A stretch of 64,000 nt of DNA, from NCBI GenBank assembly GCA_046483845.1, contig JAWOCK010000027.1:11738-75737 (forward strand), written 5' to 3'. Shown here in pieces: positions 1 to 9,679 of the stretch. Origin of the DNA: Thermoplasmatota archaeon (lineage in GTDB: Archaea; Thermoplasmatota; Penumbrarchaeia; Penumbrarchaeales; Penumbrarchaeaceae). How positions within the stretch are numbered: position 1 is the first letter of the stretch; each line of letters starts with the position of its first letter. The notes beneath the pieces were generated by a model. That model saw only the letters and a program-made list of their open reading frames with translations. It searched no databases and was not told the origin of the DNA. The position numbers and the translations under genes were made by a program.

Positions 1-2343
1 TCCTATCATGGTGATGATAGGATGGAAACTGCACAGGTATTCTCCATCGATGCTGGAGACCTGCTCCCTGAATATCCCGGCGATGAACTGGTCGCTGTCG
101 ACGAGAACTATGCTGTTAATCTGATAAGACATGATGAGGATGTCGGATGGATTTCCGAAGAGATAATTGGTTGGCCTGTTACAGATGATTGGTTGTTCGA
201 AGTGGATATCGGTGAGCTCGAGGAGAACGGTGACCAGCTCGAGATCATAGTTGTCTCGGATTCAAGGAAAGGGACACTTGTGAAAAGGACCGATGATGGG
301 TGGACCGGAGAGGTCATATTTACGGACAAGGATTCTCTGGATGCCTGCTGGATAGCCGATATCCTTCCTGAGTATCAGGGTAACGAGATCGTATTTGGAG
401 GAGGGAGAGGGGCCGTATCAATTTCCTACAAGGATAACGACACGTGGAACAATATGGATGTCCAGATGCTCGGTGAATTCATCACTGATATTGTTGTTGC
501 AGATATCGACAAGGACATCCCTGGAAAAGAGATCTATGCATCCACCACCGCGGGGGATCTTTTCTCTATTTACAGGGATGAAGGATCATGGACCAGTGAT
601 AAAGTACATTCAGAAGGAAGAGTGATCTATGGACTGGAGACCGGCTCCGTAGGGGATAACGAGGTACTCTCCATAGCCACCTATGGACATAGGATCGTAC
701 TGGTCTGGAAGGATAATGACTGGTCCTACAAGCCAGTATATGCAGAGGAATACAATATAATGGGGACCGGTGTCTTTGACATAGATCCTACAAGGAAGGG
801 GGAGGAGGTCGTAGCCCTGAGTTATTTTGGAAGGGTCACCATTATCTTTGAATCCGTTCCAGGATCCGAGATAGTGCTTCCCTATGACCAAACACAAGCC
901 CTTCCCAACTCTTACTTTAATGTACCCATCATAATAGAAGGCAGAGGGGGTTACAAGGGTCAGGTGTCCTTATCATTATCCTCAGCTGGTATAAATGCTT
1001 CACTTGATGATGATACCATCAATGCAGATAATATCACTTATCTACATGTTGAGTGTCCCCAACAGCCTGGTACGTATACGATCGATATAGAATCTATCGA
1101 TCCTTACGGAAAAAGTAACGGATCAATTCAGATAGTAGTGAAAGACAGCATCGATCAATTCCACCTAGAACCCACGATCCTTGAGATGGATCTGAGCATA
1201 GATAGACAGATAGTGAAAAGGGCGACCATCTATTCGGAAGAAGGTATCAGTAAGGATATAGATATCAAAACGAGCGATGTTCCTTTTGGGATAGAGGCTG
1301 TGCCCGAAAAAGATCGAATAACATCCGGAACTACTGTTCCTATCAATTTTGACATCTCCTTTTCAGCACTTTCTGTGATCGAACCAGGTTCTTACCATTT
1401 CTTTTTGATCGCATCAAATAATGAAGGTCTATCAAGCTCCACAGGTATAATAGTCCATGTAAAGGAGAGATCATTGTCAGATTTCATCTTAGCAGTTGAA
1501 GAACCATCCATAAAAGCCCACGAGGGATCCAATTCTTCTGTTTCCATAGGGGTCATATCACTTCACGGTTTCTCCAATCGGGTCAACCTTTCTATTGCCG
1601 ATGTGCCTGAAGGATTGGAGATAGAGCTATTGGAAAGTTCTATTGTACCTTCGGGCGAGGTCGTATTGAATATCTCTGTCATTGAAGCAGTTGGCACATA
1701 TTTCATAACCATCGTAGGACAATGGGAAAAGATAATTAGAGAGGCATATATAAGAATTGATATAGAGCCTCCTGAACTGGGCCTTGAGGTAATATTTCCC
1801 GATGAACCGATCCTATTCGAGATCGAAGATCAGGATGAAAGTGTCTCGGAGGCAAATTTCATTATATCCCTCTCTCCAATAGGAGGCACAGTGGAAGGTA
1901 TTTCCGTTGAAGTTATTGGGGTGCCCGAAAATTTTTCCTTGACGATAATCCCCAATGATATAGAACGGTTGGTCTATTCGATCGATCTTGCAATTTCTAT
2001 CTCCGGTCCCGTAGAAGAGATACCTGGGTCCATATCGATCAATATATCAAGCAAAGAAGAGGGGATCTTTCGGGAAGGGGAGATATTGTTCAAGTTGAAC
2101 ACCACGGACGGGAACGAAAGTGGTGAGAACGGACCAACCATAGTCACCTTAGTTTTGATCGGATTGGGTATTATTATGATCATATCTATCGTAATTGCAT
2201 TGTTCGTTATAAGGGCGAACAGTTTAAATCACCATGAAGATGTTAAGAATCCACATGAGAACGGTTCTGAGAATAATAGCTTCAATGCGCCCACTGAACG
2301 CGGCCATCGCCATGTTGGCCTCCGTAACAGGTTCCATCGTTGA
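1..2343 (+). CDS. Cell-surface protein with FG-GAP/VCBS-like beta-propeller repeats, Ig-like region and C-terminal TM anchor; 5'-partial (reading frame open to window edge, no in-frame stop upstream of ATG at 22)
   Basis: Repeated motif hydrophobic-[AG]-D-[IL]-x-[PD]-x-x-G-x-E-[IV]-[VY] (e.g. DAGDLLPEYPGDELVAV, WIADILPEYQGNEIVFGG, VADIDKDIPGKEIYAST). C-terminal hydrophobic helix IVTLVLIGLGIIMIISIVIALFVI plus short cytoplasmic tail. No N-terminal signal peptide within the window, consistent with truncation. Paralog at 30686..33163. Confidence 0.6.
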   Translation, partial: SYHGDDRMETAQVFSIDAGDLLPEYPGDELVAVDENYAVNLIRHDEDVGWISEEIIGWPVTDDWLFEVDIGELEENGDQLEIIVVSDSRKGTLVKRTDDGWTGEVIFTDKDSLDACWIADILPEYQGNEIVFGGGRGAVSISYKDNDTWNNMDVQMLGEFITDIVVADIDKDIPGKEIYASTTAGDLFSIYRDEGSWTSDKVHSEGRVIYGLETGSVGDNEVLSIATYGHRIVLVWKDNDWSYKPVYAEEYNIMGTGVFDIDPTRKGEEVVALSYFGRVTIIFESVPGSEIVLPYDQTQALPNSYFNVPIIIEGRGGYKGQVSLSLSSAGINASLDDDTINADNITYLHVECPQQPGTYTIDIESIDPYGKSNGSIQIVVKDSIDQFHLEPTILEMDLSIDRQIVKRATIYSEEGISKDIDIKTSDVPFGIEAVPEKDRITSGTTVPINFDISFSALSVIEPGSYHFFLIASNNEGLSSSTGIIVHVKERSLSDFILAVEEPSIKAHEGSNSSVSIGVISLHGFSNRVNLSIADVPEGLEIELLESSIVPSGEVVLNISVIEAVGTYFITIVGQWEKIIREAYIRIDIEPPELGLEVIFPDEPILFEIEDQDESVSEANFIISLSPIGGTVEGISVEVIGVPENFSLTIIPNDIERLVYSIDLAISISGPVEEIPGSISINISSKEEGIFREGEILFKLNTTDGNESGENGPTIVTLVLIGLGIIMIISIVIALFVIRANSLNHHEDVKNPHENGSENNSFNAPTERGHRHVGLRNRFHR

Positions 2344-3097
2344 AATGGATTCCACCTATTCTTGTGGGACTTTCCTTGTTATTTTGCTCTCCATATCAAC
2401 TTTCATGACCTTTGGAGGAGCCAATGTCATAAATGACATAAACGACAGAGGGATAGATCAGATAAATCATCCAAGAAGGCAGATCTCATCGGGGAAGCTC
2501 AGTGAAGGAAAAGCATCAGCATCATTCATTTCATTATGGACGCTGTCCGTCATCCTTGCCGCTTTCATTTCATTTCTTATCATCGACCCACTACCTATCA
2601 TAATACTCACATTTGCCATGCTGTTGGATCTATCCTATGAAGTTTATTTCAAGAGAAGAGGATTCATCGGGAATCTTACCATTGGTCTTTTGACCGGTAT
2701 GATATTCATTTACGGGGCCTCCATTTTTGAACCCGGCCCTTTTGTAATATCATTGGCCGTACTTGCTTTTCTGAGTACTACATCGAGAGAGATAATTAAG
2801 GATGTGGAGGACCTGGAAGGAGAAAGATCAATAAGAAATACCCTGCCGAAAAGGATAGGAGAGGCCAGATCCCTCAAGATCGCATTTATCTTCATGATGG
2901 CAGCTGTTTCGTTCAGTCTACTACCGCCCTTCTTCATCGGCCCGGATCCCATCTATGTGATATTCATCGCCTTGGCCGATATCATGTTGATATTAGGGGC
3001 TATCAATTCATTCAATGACCCCAAAAGAGGACATTTGATGATAAAGTCCGGTATGTTGATAGCAGTTCTGGGTTTTCTCTTTTCATCCCTTTTCTGA
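2255..3097 (+). CDS. UbiA-family prenyltransferase, DGGGP-synthase-like (digeranylgeranylglyceryl phosphate synthase candidate)
   Basis: Asp-rich motif NDINDRGID (NDxxDxxxD of the UbiA superfamily). N-terminus MRTVLRIIASMRPLNAAIAMLASV resembles the archaeal DGGGPS N-terminal helix. Multiple TM helices, ~280 aa. Start could be 2234, 2240 or 2255; all overlap the 3' end of the upstream gene out of frame. Confidence 0.55.
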   Translation: MRTVLRIIASMRPLNAAIAMLASVTGSIVEMDSTYSCGTFLVILLSISTFMTFGGANVINDINDRGIDQINHPRRQISSGKLSEGKASASFISLWTLSVILAAFISFLIIDPLPIIILTFAMLLDLSYEVYFKRRGFIGNLTIGLLTGMIFIYGASIFEPGPFVISLAVLAFLSTTSREIIKDVEDLEGERSIRNTLPKRIGEARSLKIAFIFMMAAVSFSLLPPFFIGPDPIYVIFIALADIMLILGAINSFNDPKRGHLMIKSGMLIAVLGFLFSSLF

Positions 3098-3115
3098 ATG
3101 ATGCTCAATGTGGTA

Positions 3116-4135
3116 TCAAAAAAATGAATCCAGTGAAGATTGGGATGGGCAGTCATCTTCTACCTTCATGAGCCGTATGGAGCGCATCACGCCGGATCTG
3201 CCGAAGTCCATCTCCTCCACGAGATAATCAATGAGCTCTTCTTCCCTGGGGGCACTCCATGAGATCTCATAATCATCAGTGATGTCAGGGTCAAGAAAGA
3301 TATTCCTTACCTCGCTCCACTCAAGAAGAGGTATTCGGTCTGCCTTTGCAGCATTTTCAAGATCTCCATATTCCGAGATCAGCTTTAAAGCCTTCTTTGG
3401 TCCTATTCCCTTCACTCCTTCGTTGAAATCGGTTCCCATCAATATGGCCATGTCCACCAGCTGTTCCCTTGTCAGAGACAATGAGGTCAGAGTCTCCTCC
3501 AGGTCAATGATCTCTCTTTCTACATTGATCCATATCTTCCTACCTGGAAGTTTCCTCTTACCGGATATGGCAAGGTTTCTTATCAATAAAGGGCAACCGA
3601 AAAGAAGGGTATCAAAGTCCTGTGAAGATACGGCGTCGATGTTTTTTTTCCTGCACATATAGGAAGCTTGAGCCTCGCCTTCACCCGGGGATATGATATA
3701 TGGGATACCCATCAGGTCTAGCAACCTCTTTGAATCATCTATCATCTCATCAGTAAGTCTTGATGTTTGTTGTGCTTTTTTCTTTGCTACTTCCATATCG
3801 CCCTTTTCCAGGGCATCTTCCCATTCCTTCCTTGCCTTTTCTTTTCTCTCCTTTCTCAGGTCCAGGGTGCCCTTTTTTAATTCGTGTGGTTTTCCATCGA
3901 ATATGTATACCGGTCTGATACCTTCTTCTATCATATTGGATGTCCTTGTAAGGATCCCTTTAAGATGAGAAACGACCCTTCCTTCTTCGTTCGTCAAAAG
4001 ATGCCCTTCCCTTGTCCTTATCGAAGATACGAATTGATAGAATATGTTGTAGGCATCCAACCCGATGGTCCAACCTTTGAGCTCCCCTTCTGCGATGGAT
4101 CTCTTTTTCACGAGATCACCCAGTTTTACACCCAT
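3116..4135 (-). CDS. fen: Flap endonuclease 1 (FEN-1)
   Basis: N-terminus MGVKLGDL, XPG-N/XPG-I regions, H3TH motif (GIGPKKALKLI). C-terminal PCNA-interacting PIP box QSSLDSFF (QxxLxxFF). Track ORF begins at a TTG (4162); the ATG at 4135 gives the canonical MG start. Confidence 0.9.
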   Translation of the reverse strand: MGVKLGDLVKKRSIAEGELKGWTIGLDAYNIFYQFVSSIRTREGHLLTNEEGRVVSHLKGILTRTSNMIEEGIRPVYIFDGKPHELKKGTLDLRKERKEKARKEWEDALEKGDMEVAKKKAQQTSRLTDEMIDDSKRLLDLMGIPYIISPGEGEAQASYMCRKKNIDAVSSQDFDTLLFGCPLLIRNLAISGKRKLPGRKIWINVEREIIDLEETLTSLSLTREQLVDMAILMGTDFNEGVKGIGPKKALKLISEYGDLENAAKADRIPLLEWSEVRNIFLDPDITDDYEISWSAPREEELIDYLVEEMDFGRSGVMRSIRLMKVEDDCPSQSSLDSFF

Positions 4136-4208
4136 GAAGGGAACAGTGCTTTCAAACTTCAAAAATACTTTCCATGGTCTTATCTATGATAGTAACATTT
4201 CGATAATT

Positions 4209-5066
4209 ATGAAGAAGGTACTGATCTTGATCTTTCTGCTGGTCTTAACCCTGGTCGTGACCCCAAACTTTGATTGTAGAACATATTCCACAGGCTCGCA
4301 CTGGTTCCCCGAAAGGATTGAAACCGGCCAGACAACATACTTCCATACTGTTATCATTTCGAATGGGTCCAGCAGACCAAAGAACGTATACCTACGGATC
4401 AGCGACAACTATTCAGAGATGTACTCTGTTGAGAATATTTCGGATGAAACGATCTGGCGAGAAGGTGTTCTATATTCATGTACGAAGCAGTTAGAGGAAC
4501 CAGGATCCTTTGATCTCGAGATCATCATCGAACTGGAAAACGGTTCCAGGATTAAAGAGCCTATAGGTGCCATAGAAATAAAGGAGAAAGAAACAGAGAG
4601 TGAAGGCGATACAATCCTCGGTTTGCCGAAGCTATACTGCGGTCTATCGATCATCTTTTTGACATTCATAGTCATCCTTCTTACATGGTCCTACTTCAAA
4701 GGCAAAAGGATCCAGAACAAGAACATTGCTTCCACTGGTGCAATAAAGATAACCTGTTCAGCTTGTGGCACGGAGATCGGACCCGATGATGATACATGTT
4801 CAAAATGTGGAGCCGATCTTGAAGAAGAAGAGCATATTTGTGGTAAATGCGGGAATAATATTTCCCCGACAGATATGGAATGTCCTAAATGCGGATCCAG
4901 GTTGAAACCGGTAAAGAAAGGTAAGGATGATAAGAAGGATCAGGATATATTGAAATTAAGGGGTGGAGTGGACAAGAAGGGCAAGAAAACCTGTTCCAAC
5001 TGCGGTGCCGTATATATGGAAAGAGAAGGTAAATGTCCGGAGTGTGGTTCAAGAAAGATCACATAA
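4209..5066 (+). CDS. Membrane protein with N-terminal signal/TM, extracellular domain, one TM helix and cytoplasmic tail carrying three CxxC-type zinc-ribbon modules (double-zinc-ribbon-like) plus Lys-rich stretch
   Basis: ATG at 4209 gives MKKVLILIFLLVLTLVV (signal-like) and removes the overlap with fen. TM YCGLSIIFLTFIVILLTW. Zinc-ribbon modules CSACG..CSKCG, CGKCG..CPKCG and CSNCG..CPECG separated by K-rich linker. Confidence 0.55.
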   Translation: MKKVLILIFLLVLTLVVTPNFDCRTYSTGSHWFPERIETGQTTYFHTVIISNGSSRPKNVYLRISDNYSEMYSVENISDETIWREGVLYSCTKQLEEPGSFDLEIIIELENGSRIKEPIGAIEIKEKETESEGDTILGLPKLYCGLSIIFLTFIVILLTWSYFKGKRIQNKNIASTGAIKITCSACGTEIGPDDDTCSKCGADLEEEEHICGKCGNNISPTDMECPKCGSRLKPVKKGKDDKKDQDILKLRGGVDKKGKKTCSNCGAVYMEREGKCPECGSRKIT

Positions 5067-6888
5067 TGGTAAGTACAATGTCCCTCAGCATCTCAATGTC
5101 CGGTTCGGTCCCCGTCCATAATCTATTATCCCATGTGAGGGATCTGATCAGTATCTCCGATCCCTGAATGGGTCTTCCCCCTCTTGACTCCACGGAGGAT
5201 AAAAAAGGTGACCATTGGTGTGAACGGTTCAGGTCTATCCCCAGACCTGGTTCTATCCTTCTAACGAACTCCTCCGGAGCCGGTTGTTTTGCAGTAAACG
5301 CCCCTTCTCTGAAAGGTATGGAGTTAATGATAGCATCGAAACTGGACCTTGATCTTTTCAATCCTGTGAACGAAATGCCTTTAATCCCGTTGCCCAGATC
5401 CTCTGATGCTTTTTGAACCCTATCTTCCCCTGGCCCTGCAAGATAGGTTTTCATTCCAATTATAGAGGCGCCAAGTGCGGCAGCTCTTCCAGCAAGTCCT
5501 GTTCCAAGAACCAGAACAGAGGACCCTCGATCTATGATTCCAGTGGCAGAGATGGTGTCCGATATGGAATATATCTCAGTGTTATACCCGTTCAATCTAC
5601 CTTTTGAACATGATACCAGGTTCACCCCTCCTGAGGTCAATGAGATAGGGTCGCACCAATCGAGCTTGGGAACCATATTGGATCTGAAAGGTAGATCTAC
5701 GAACAATCCTTTCACATCCATGAACCTTATCCGTTCAAGCTCTTCATCCAATGTATCGTGTTTACATGGATATGGGATCATTATCCTGTCCATTCCCATT
5801 CTATTATTGATGATGTTATTTGCCTTCAAGGATATGTCATCATCAATAGGATTCCCCAAATGAAGCAATATATCGGTATCTTCTCCTATAAGATGTTTAG
5901 ATAAGGACCATTCAGTGGTCCTGAGTCCTTTTTCTATTCCGCATCTTCTATTGAACTCCATCAAGAAGGGGGAAGAAGAACCGGGGTCGGTGTTTTCCTC
6001 CAGAACACCCTGTATATCTATGAAGGACAGGTCCATTCCAAGGAGTCCAAGTATGCTTCGGGATATGGGTATGCTTCCAGGCAATGTTCTTATCACCTTT
6101 GTCTTTCCCTTTCCTATCTGTCTGATCTTTGAAGCTGTCCTTATGAGCCTCCTGAACGAAGGCCCTGAATCTACCTTTATGAAAACCATTATTCCCTGTG
6201 AGAGGTCGATCTTTTCCGGAGAAGGGGGTTTCCACTCCAGTTTATCCTCCATATACGAGGAAAGCATTATTTTTGTCCCTTTCTGCCCGGCTTGATCCGA
6301 CATCTCCTTGAATATTGCATCTGGAATCTCATCATCCAGTTCTATCCAGGAATAACCCTGTCCGGATATCTTCCTTAATAGCTCATACCGATATCTTTCT
6401 GGCAAGGATCTTTCATCAACGAGACCCCTGGTCCTTCCTGAAGGGGCTGATGCAATGGATCCTTTACTGCAAAACGAAGCTATCTGTTTAAGAAATACAT
6501 TTGTCCTTGCTTTTGATTCTGGGGAATCAATGGGACGCAGGGAATCCAATCTGATCTCTATGAGACCCTTGTCCTTTTTCTTTAAAATGGAATAGGATTT
6601 TCTTATATCCAGCACATTCCTGGAACATATGCTGAAACCTATCTGATGGTAGATGCCACCATCCATGGAGCTTACCTCATCTGACAATTCAGTGATATAT
6701 GTGCTTTTACTATAATATCCTTCATGATGGTCGGACAGCATTGATATGGTGGTCCCTATTGATCCTTCTTTCTTCGGATCTCCAATATAGCCAGCATACT
6801 GTAAGCTTATATTTTCGATCGACGGAACAACAGCTGAAAAGGAACTTTTCATCCCTTTTTTTGGTTCTCTTCTTGTTATATCGTCCAT
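5059..6888 (-). CDS. aroDE: Bifunctional 3-dehydroquinate dehydratase (type I-like) / shikimate dehydrogenase fusion
   Basis: C-terminal half carries shikimate dehydrogenase motifs: GNPI.., GLFVDLPFR (~GlnVTiPfK), LNGYNTEIY (GxNTD) and Rossmann motif VLVLGTGLAGRAAALG. N-terminal ~260 aa has an ELRLD-like (IEIRLDSL) DHQase-I signature. 609 aa. Confidence 0.55.
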   Translation of the reverse strand: MDDITRREPKKGMKSSFSAVVPSIENISLQYAGYIGDPKKEGSIGTTISMLSDHHEGYYSKSTYITELSDEVSSMDGGIYHQIGFSICSRNVLDIRKSYSILKKKDKGLIEIRLDSLRPIDSPESKARTNVFLKQIASFCSKGSIASAPSGRTRGLVDERSLPERYRYELLRKISGQGYSWIELDDEIPDAIFKEMSDQAGQKGTKIMLSSYMEDKLEWKPPSPEKIDLSQGIMVFIKVDSGPSFRRLIRTASKIRQIGKGKTKVIRTLPGSIPISRSILGLLGMDLSFIDIQGVLEENTDPGSSSPFLMEFNRRCGIEKGLRTTEWSLSKHLIGEDTDILLHLGNPIDDDISLKANNIINNRMGMDRIMIPYPCKHDTLDEELERIRFMDVKGLFVDLPFRSNMVPKLDWCDPISLTSGGVNLVSCSKGRLNGYNTEIYSISDTISATGIIDRGSSVLVLGTGLAGRAAALGASIIGMKTYLAGPGEDRVQKASEDLGNGIKGISFTGLKRSRSSFDAIINSIPFREGAFTAKQPAPEEFVRRIEPGLGIDLNRSHQWSPFLSSVESRGGRPIQGSEILIRSLTWDNRLWTGTEPDIEMLRDIVLTIM

Positions 6889-6958
6889 ATATGTTCATAT
6901 GGACAACTACAGCAATACTAAAAAGAAGTTCATGGGATAACCGGGGGGTGCCCCATAT

Positions 6959-7300
6959 TCAACCACCCATCAATCTAATAATGGCCTCGGCCGGTTCGCC
7001 GTTCGCCTCTTCCAAAGCTTTCTTGGCCTCATCTTCGGAAACGTCGGCCTGTTCCATGACCAATATGATATCCTCTTTTGGGATCTCTGCCTTCAGCAAC
7101 TTTTCAACAACCTTTCCCTGGACCTGGAAGTTCTTTTCTCCTTTGATGTTCATAACAGTGACCGATGCATTACTTATATGGATCTCTTTGGTATCTGTGT
7201 ATATCACTACCTCTTTTACATCTTCCAATTCCTCCATGTTCATCCCCATCTTCTTCATCATCCTCTCCATCTGACGGGGGTTCATTCTACCGGGCATCAT
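6959..7300 (-). CDS. nac: Nascent polypeptide-associated complex alpha subunit (NAC domain + C-terminal UBA)
   Basis: MMPGRMNPRQMERMMKKMGMNMEEL N-terminus typical of archaeal NAC. Central NAC beta-barrel region. C-terminal UBA-like segment (EDIILVMEQADVSEDEAKKALEEANGEPAEAII). Track start 7309 is GTG; ATGs at 7300/7297. Confidence 0.85.
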   Translation of the reverse strand: MMPGRMNPRQMERMMKKMGMNMEELEDVKEVVIYTDTKEIHISNASVTVMNIKGEKNFQVQGKVVEKLLKAEIPKEDIILVMEQADVSEDEAKKALEEANGEPAEAIIRLMGG

Positions 7301-7309
7301 TATATTCAC

Positions 7310-7727
7310 CTACAATTCCCTTATCAAAAGCCAGGATTGGTAACCGGTCATGTTACCAGTATTATCTGTCTCGAACTTTAGGTTTTTAAAAACCGATAAT
7401 TTATTATGAGTGTTAGAATCAGTATCGTAGAGCTCCACCACCACTTTGCTTACGCCCCTTTTTTTCATCTTTTTGAGAAAATATTTTATGAAGCCTTCGG
7501 GCATTCTCATATCATCCCACTCAGTGAAGGAGAAACCGTTCACACTGGCTTTACTGCCATCTATTTCATACTCCATGCTCCCCAATCTTTTAGAGGAATC
7601 ATAATCATACATGGTCAATGACCTCACCTCTCCTGTTGCCGTAGGTCTTACCAGCTTACTTTCATATCCTACGCTCTTACCGGAGAATAGGCCGGTCTTT
7701 ATCTTTCCATATTCGTAGTCTACCATT
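7310..7727 (-). CDS. Hypothetical protein (139 aa from ATG at 7727; track ORF extends to 7888 through a likely promoter)
   Basis: ATG at 7727 preceded by a GGGGG RBS-like motif. A TATA-like TTTTAATA lies ~50 bp upstream on the minus strand. No recognizable domain. Confidence 0.4.
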
Positions 7728-7960
7728 GAAAGAGGCCCCCAAGTCGTAAATCGATTGCAAACAGTGAAACAACAAATATCTATTAAAACTTTGCAATATT
7801 CGTGAGACCCGATGGGCCAAAGGTTATAATATAAGAGACACCCTCCTAGAATACCGGAGAGTTGGACCGACGCATGATGGTTCTCCAATGGAAATCATGG
7901 TACAATAATTTTAAATACATCATCAACCTTCTATGATTCGCTTTCGGGACGGGATGCATT

Positions 7961-8374
7961 ATGTCTATCTGCGGGGATCTCAATTGTAGTCAATGTTGTC
8001 ATGACAGAGAGGTCATTCTGACACACGAGGATATAGATCGGCTATTGACCATGGGGCATTATGAACAGACATTTGCCAGAATATCCAAATGGGGTTATAA
8101 TCTCAAAGAGCTTATCTTTGTAGATGGAAAATGCGTATTCCTGGAAAACGGTCAATGTTCTGTCTATCAAAACCGACCGACCGCCTGTAAGGTGTTTCCA
8201 TTGACTTCCAATGGAAATAGTGGTGTCATAGATCCTTCGTGTCCACATGCCTCAGGGTTCAAAACGGACAAGGTCTTTCTATCCGAAGCAAATACGGGGC
8301 TGAAACGGATAATAAAAGACATTGAAAGCACAATAAAGAGGGCAACAACAAAAGACATGGTTTCTAACCAGTGA
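7961..8374 (+). CDS. YkgJ/UPF0153-family putative zinc/iron-chelating Cys-cluster protein
   Basis: N-terminal Cys cluster CGDLNCSQCC. Second motif ENGQCSVYQNRPTACKVFP matches the GxCxxYxxRPxxCRxFP signature of the YkgJ family. TATA-like AATTTTAAATA ~45 bp upstream. Confidence 0.6.
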   Translation: MSICGDLNCSQCCHDREVILTHEDIDRLLTMGHYEQTFARISKWGYNLKELIFVDGKCVFLENGQCSVYQNRPTACKVFPLTSNGNSGVIDPSCPHASGFKTDKVFLSEANTGLKRIIKDIESTIKRATTKDMVSNQ

Positions 8375-9620
8375 TCCTTTTTGCTTTTCTTAAATAATGT
8401 CTCCTGGTGTTATACTCATTTCTTGCCCTTATAAGTAAGAAGATCAATATAATTGTGAATATGGTATTGATGTTCAGTATAAAACCGAACATTCCCCATG
8501 TAAGAAAACCCAATAAAGCGATCACCAGCACCAATGCCCAGGTCCCCCTCTTTCTGAAGATCAGGCCGCCAATGAAAATAATAACGGAAAGGATGATATA
8601 AGCTATCGAAACTGTATAATCAGATTTGATCGAATAGTGTTCAAATATTGATTCCTCAGTTGCCGGAATGAACTCCATATCAACGGTTTTTTTCTCAGAG
8701 TTGTTCAAATAGATCCAGCGATAACTTCGATCCCTAATGTGCCTGCCACTGATTTGTATCCGATATATTCCAGGTATAATGGTCATCTCGCAATCTTTAT
8801 CGTCGTTGGTGGTTATGTTCTCAGATATGATCAGTTCCCCGGCCTGGTTAAGCACTTCTATACTGCTTTCATATTCAGATTTCATTTCCGACCAATTAAT
8901 TGACAGAAATGCCGTTTCACCCTGGTAGAACTGATCCTTTTTGGAAACGAAAAGTGATCTTATATCTTCATTGATATCTATCACACTGCCCGGTGGATAT
9001 ATGCCATGAAGCGATGGCCCACTGGTGTCATTGTTTAACTTTGAGAAGGAGATCTCAAAGGTCCCATTCCCCTCAATGGTCAGGATGTTCTCCCCTCCCT
9101 CAAGAATATGATCCTTGTTCGATACTCCTTTGTAGAATATTTTCTTTCCCTCAAGGTCCGATCCATTTGGGAGGTCTATCCTCATACCAAGGGTATCATT
9201 GTACATTTTCATTATCTCTACTGTTTCCAACTCCCTCTGTAACTCTATATCGAAGGATGCGGAGATATCGTTTACAGAACCTTTGATCTCCTTTCCTACT
9301 TCGGAGATCGGGTAAACGAACCATTTGATGGAGGTTAGCACATATCCATCTTTGTATAAGTACAATTTAATCAATCCTTCATCGACCCCCTCCAATCTCC
9401 ATTCACCTCTATCATCAGAGGTCGTCTCCTTCTCCCTGTAGGAGATAACAACCCCCTCAATAGGTCTTTCCTCAATATCAACGACCTTTCCCATCACAAT
9501 TGAGGAACCTTCGAAATTGTCCATTTCGTAAGTTCGGTATAAAATCAAAGAACCCGATAGCAGTGTAGATGCCCCAAGTAAAAAAAACAGGACGAGTACC
9601 CCTTTCCACTTTTTCTTCAA
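8364..9620 (-). CDS. Secreted/membrane-anchored protein with carboxypeptidase-regulatory-like (transthyretin-like) domain and C-terminal TM helices
   Basis: TTG start preceded by GGAGGT SD-like motif. Signal peptide MKKKWKGVLVLFFLLGASTLLSG. Segment VMGKVVDIEERPIEGVVISYRE..DDRGEWRLEGV resembles the CarbopepD_reg fold. Two C-terminal TM helices. Confidence 0.5.
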   Translation of the reverse strand: MKKKWKGVLVLFFLLGASTLLSGSLILYRTYEMDNFEGSSIVMGKVVDIEERPIEGVVISYREKETTSDDRGEWRLEGVDEGLIKLYLYKDGYVLTSIKWFVYPISEVGKEIKGSVNDISASFDIELQRELETVEIMKMYNDTLGMRIDLPNGSDLEGKKIFYKGVSNKDHILEGGENILTIEGNGTFEISFSKLNNDTSGPSLHGIYPPGSVIDINEDIRSLFVSKKDQFYQGETAFLSINWSEMKSEYESSIEVLNQAGELIISENITTNDDKDCEMTIIPGIYRIQISGRHIRDRSYRWIYLNNSEKKTVDMEFIPATEESIFEHYSIKSDYTVSIAYIILSVIIFIGGLIFRKRGTWALVLVIALLGFLTWGMFGFILNINTIFTIILIFLLIRARNEYNTRRHYLRKAKRITG

Positions 9621-9679
9621 CTTAAGACCTCCAATCCCTCAGCTACTATTTATTATAGATACTTTTACTGGATCTGCTT

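Noticed and set aside
7728-7888. N-terminal 53 aa of the track ORF 7310..7888
   Set aside because: Contains a TATA-like box and RBS-like G-run directly upstream of the ATG at 7727, so the extension most likely reads through the promoter.
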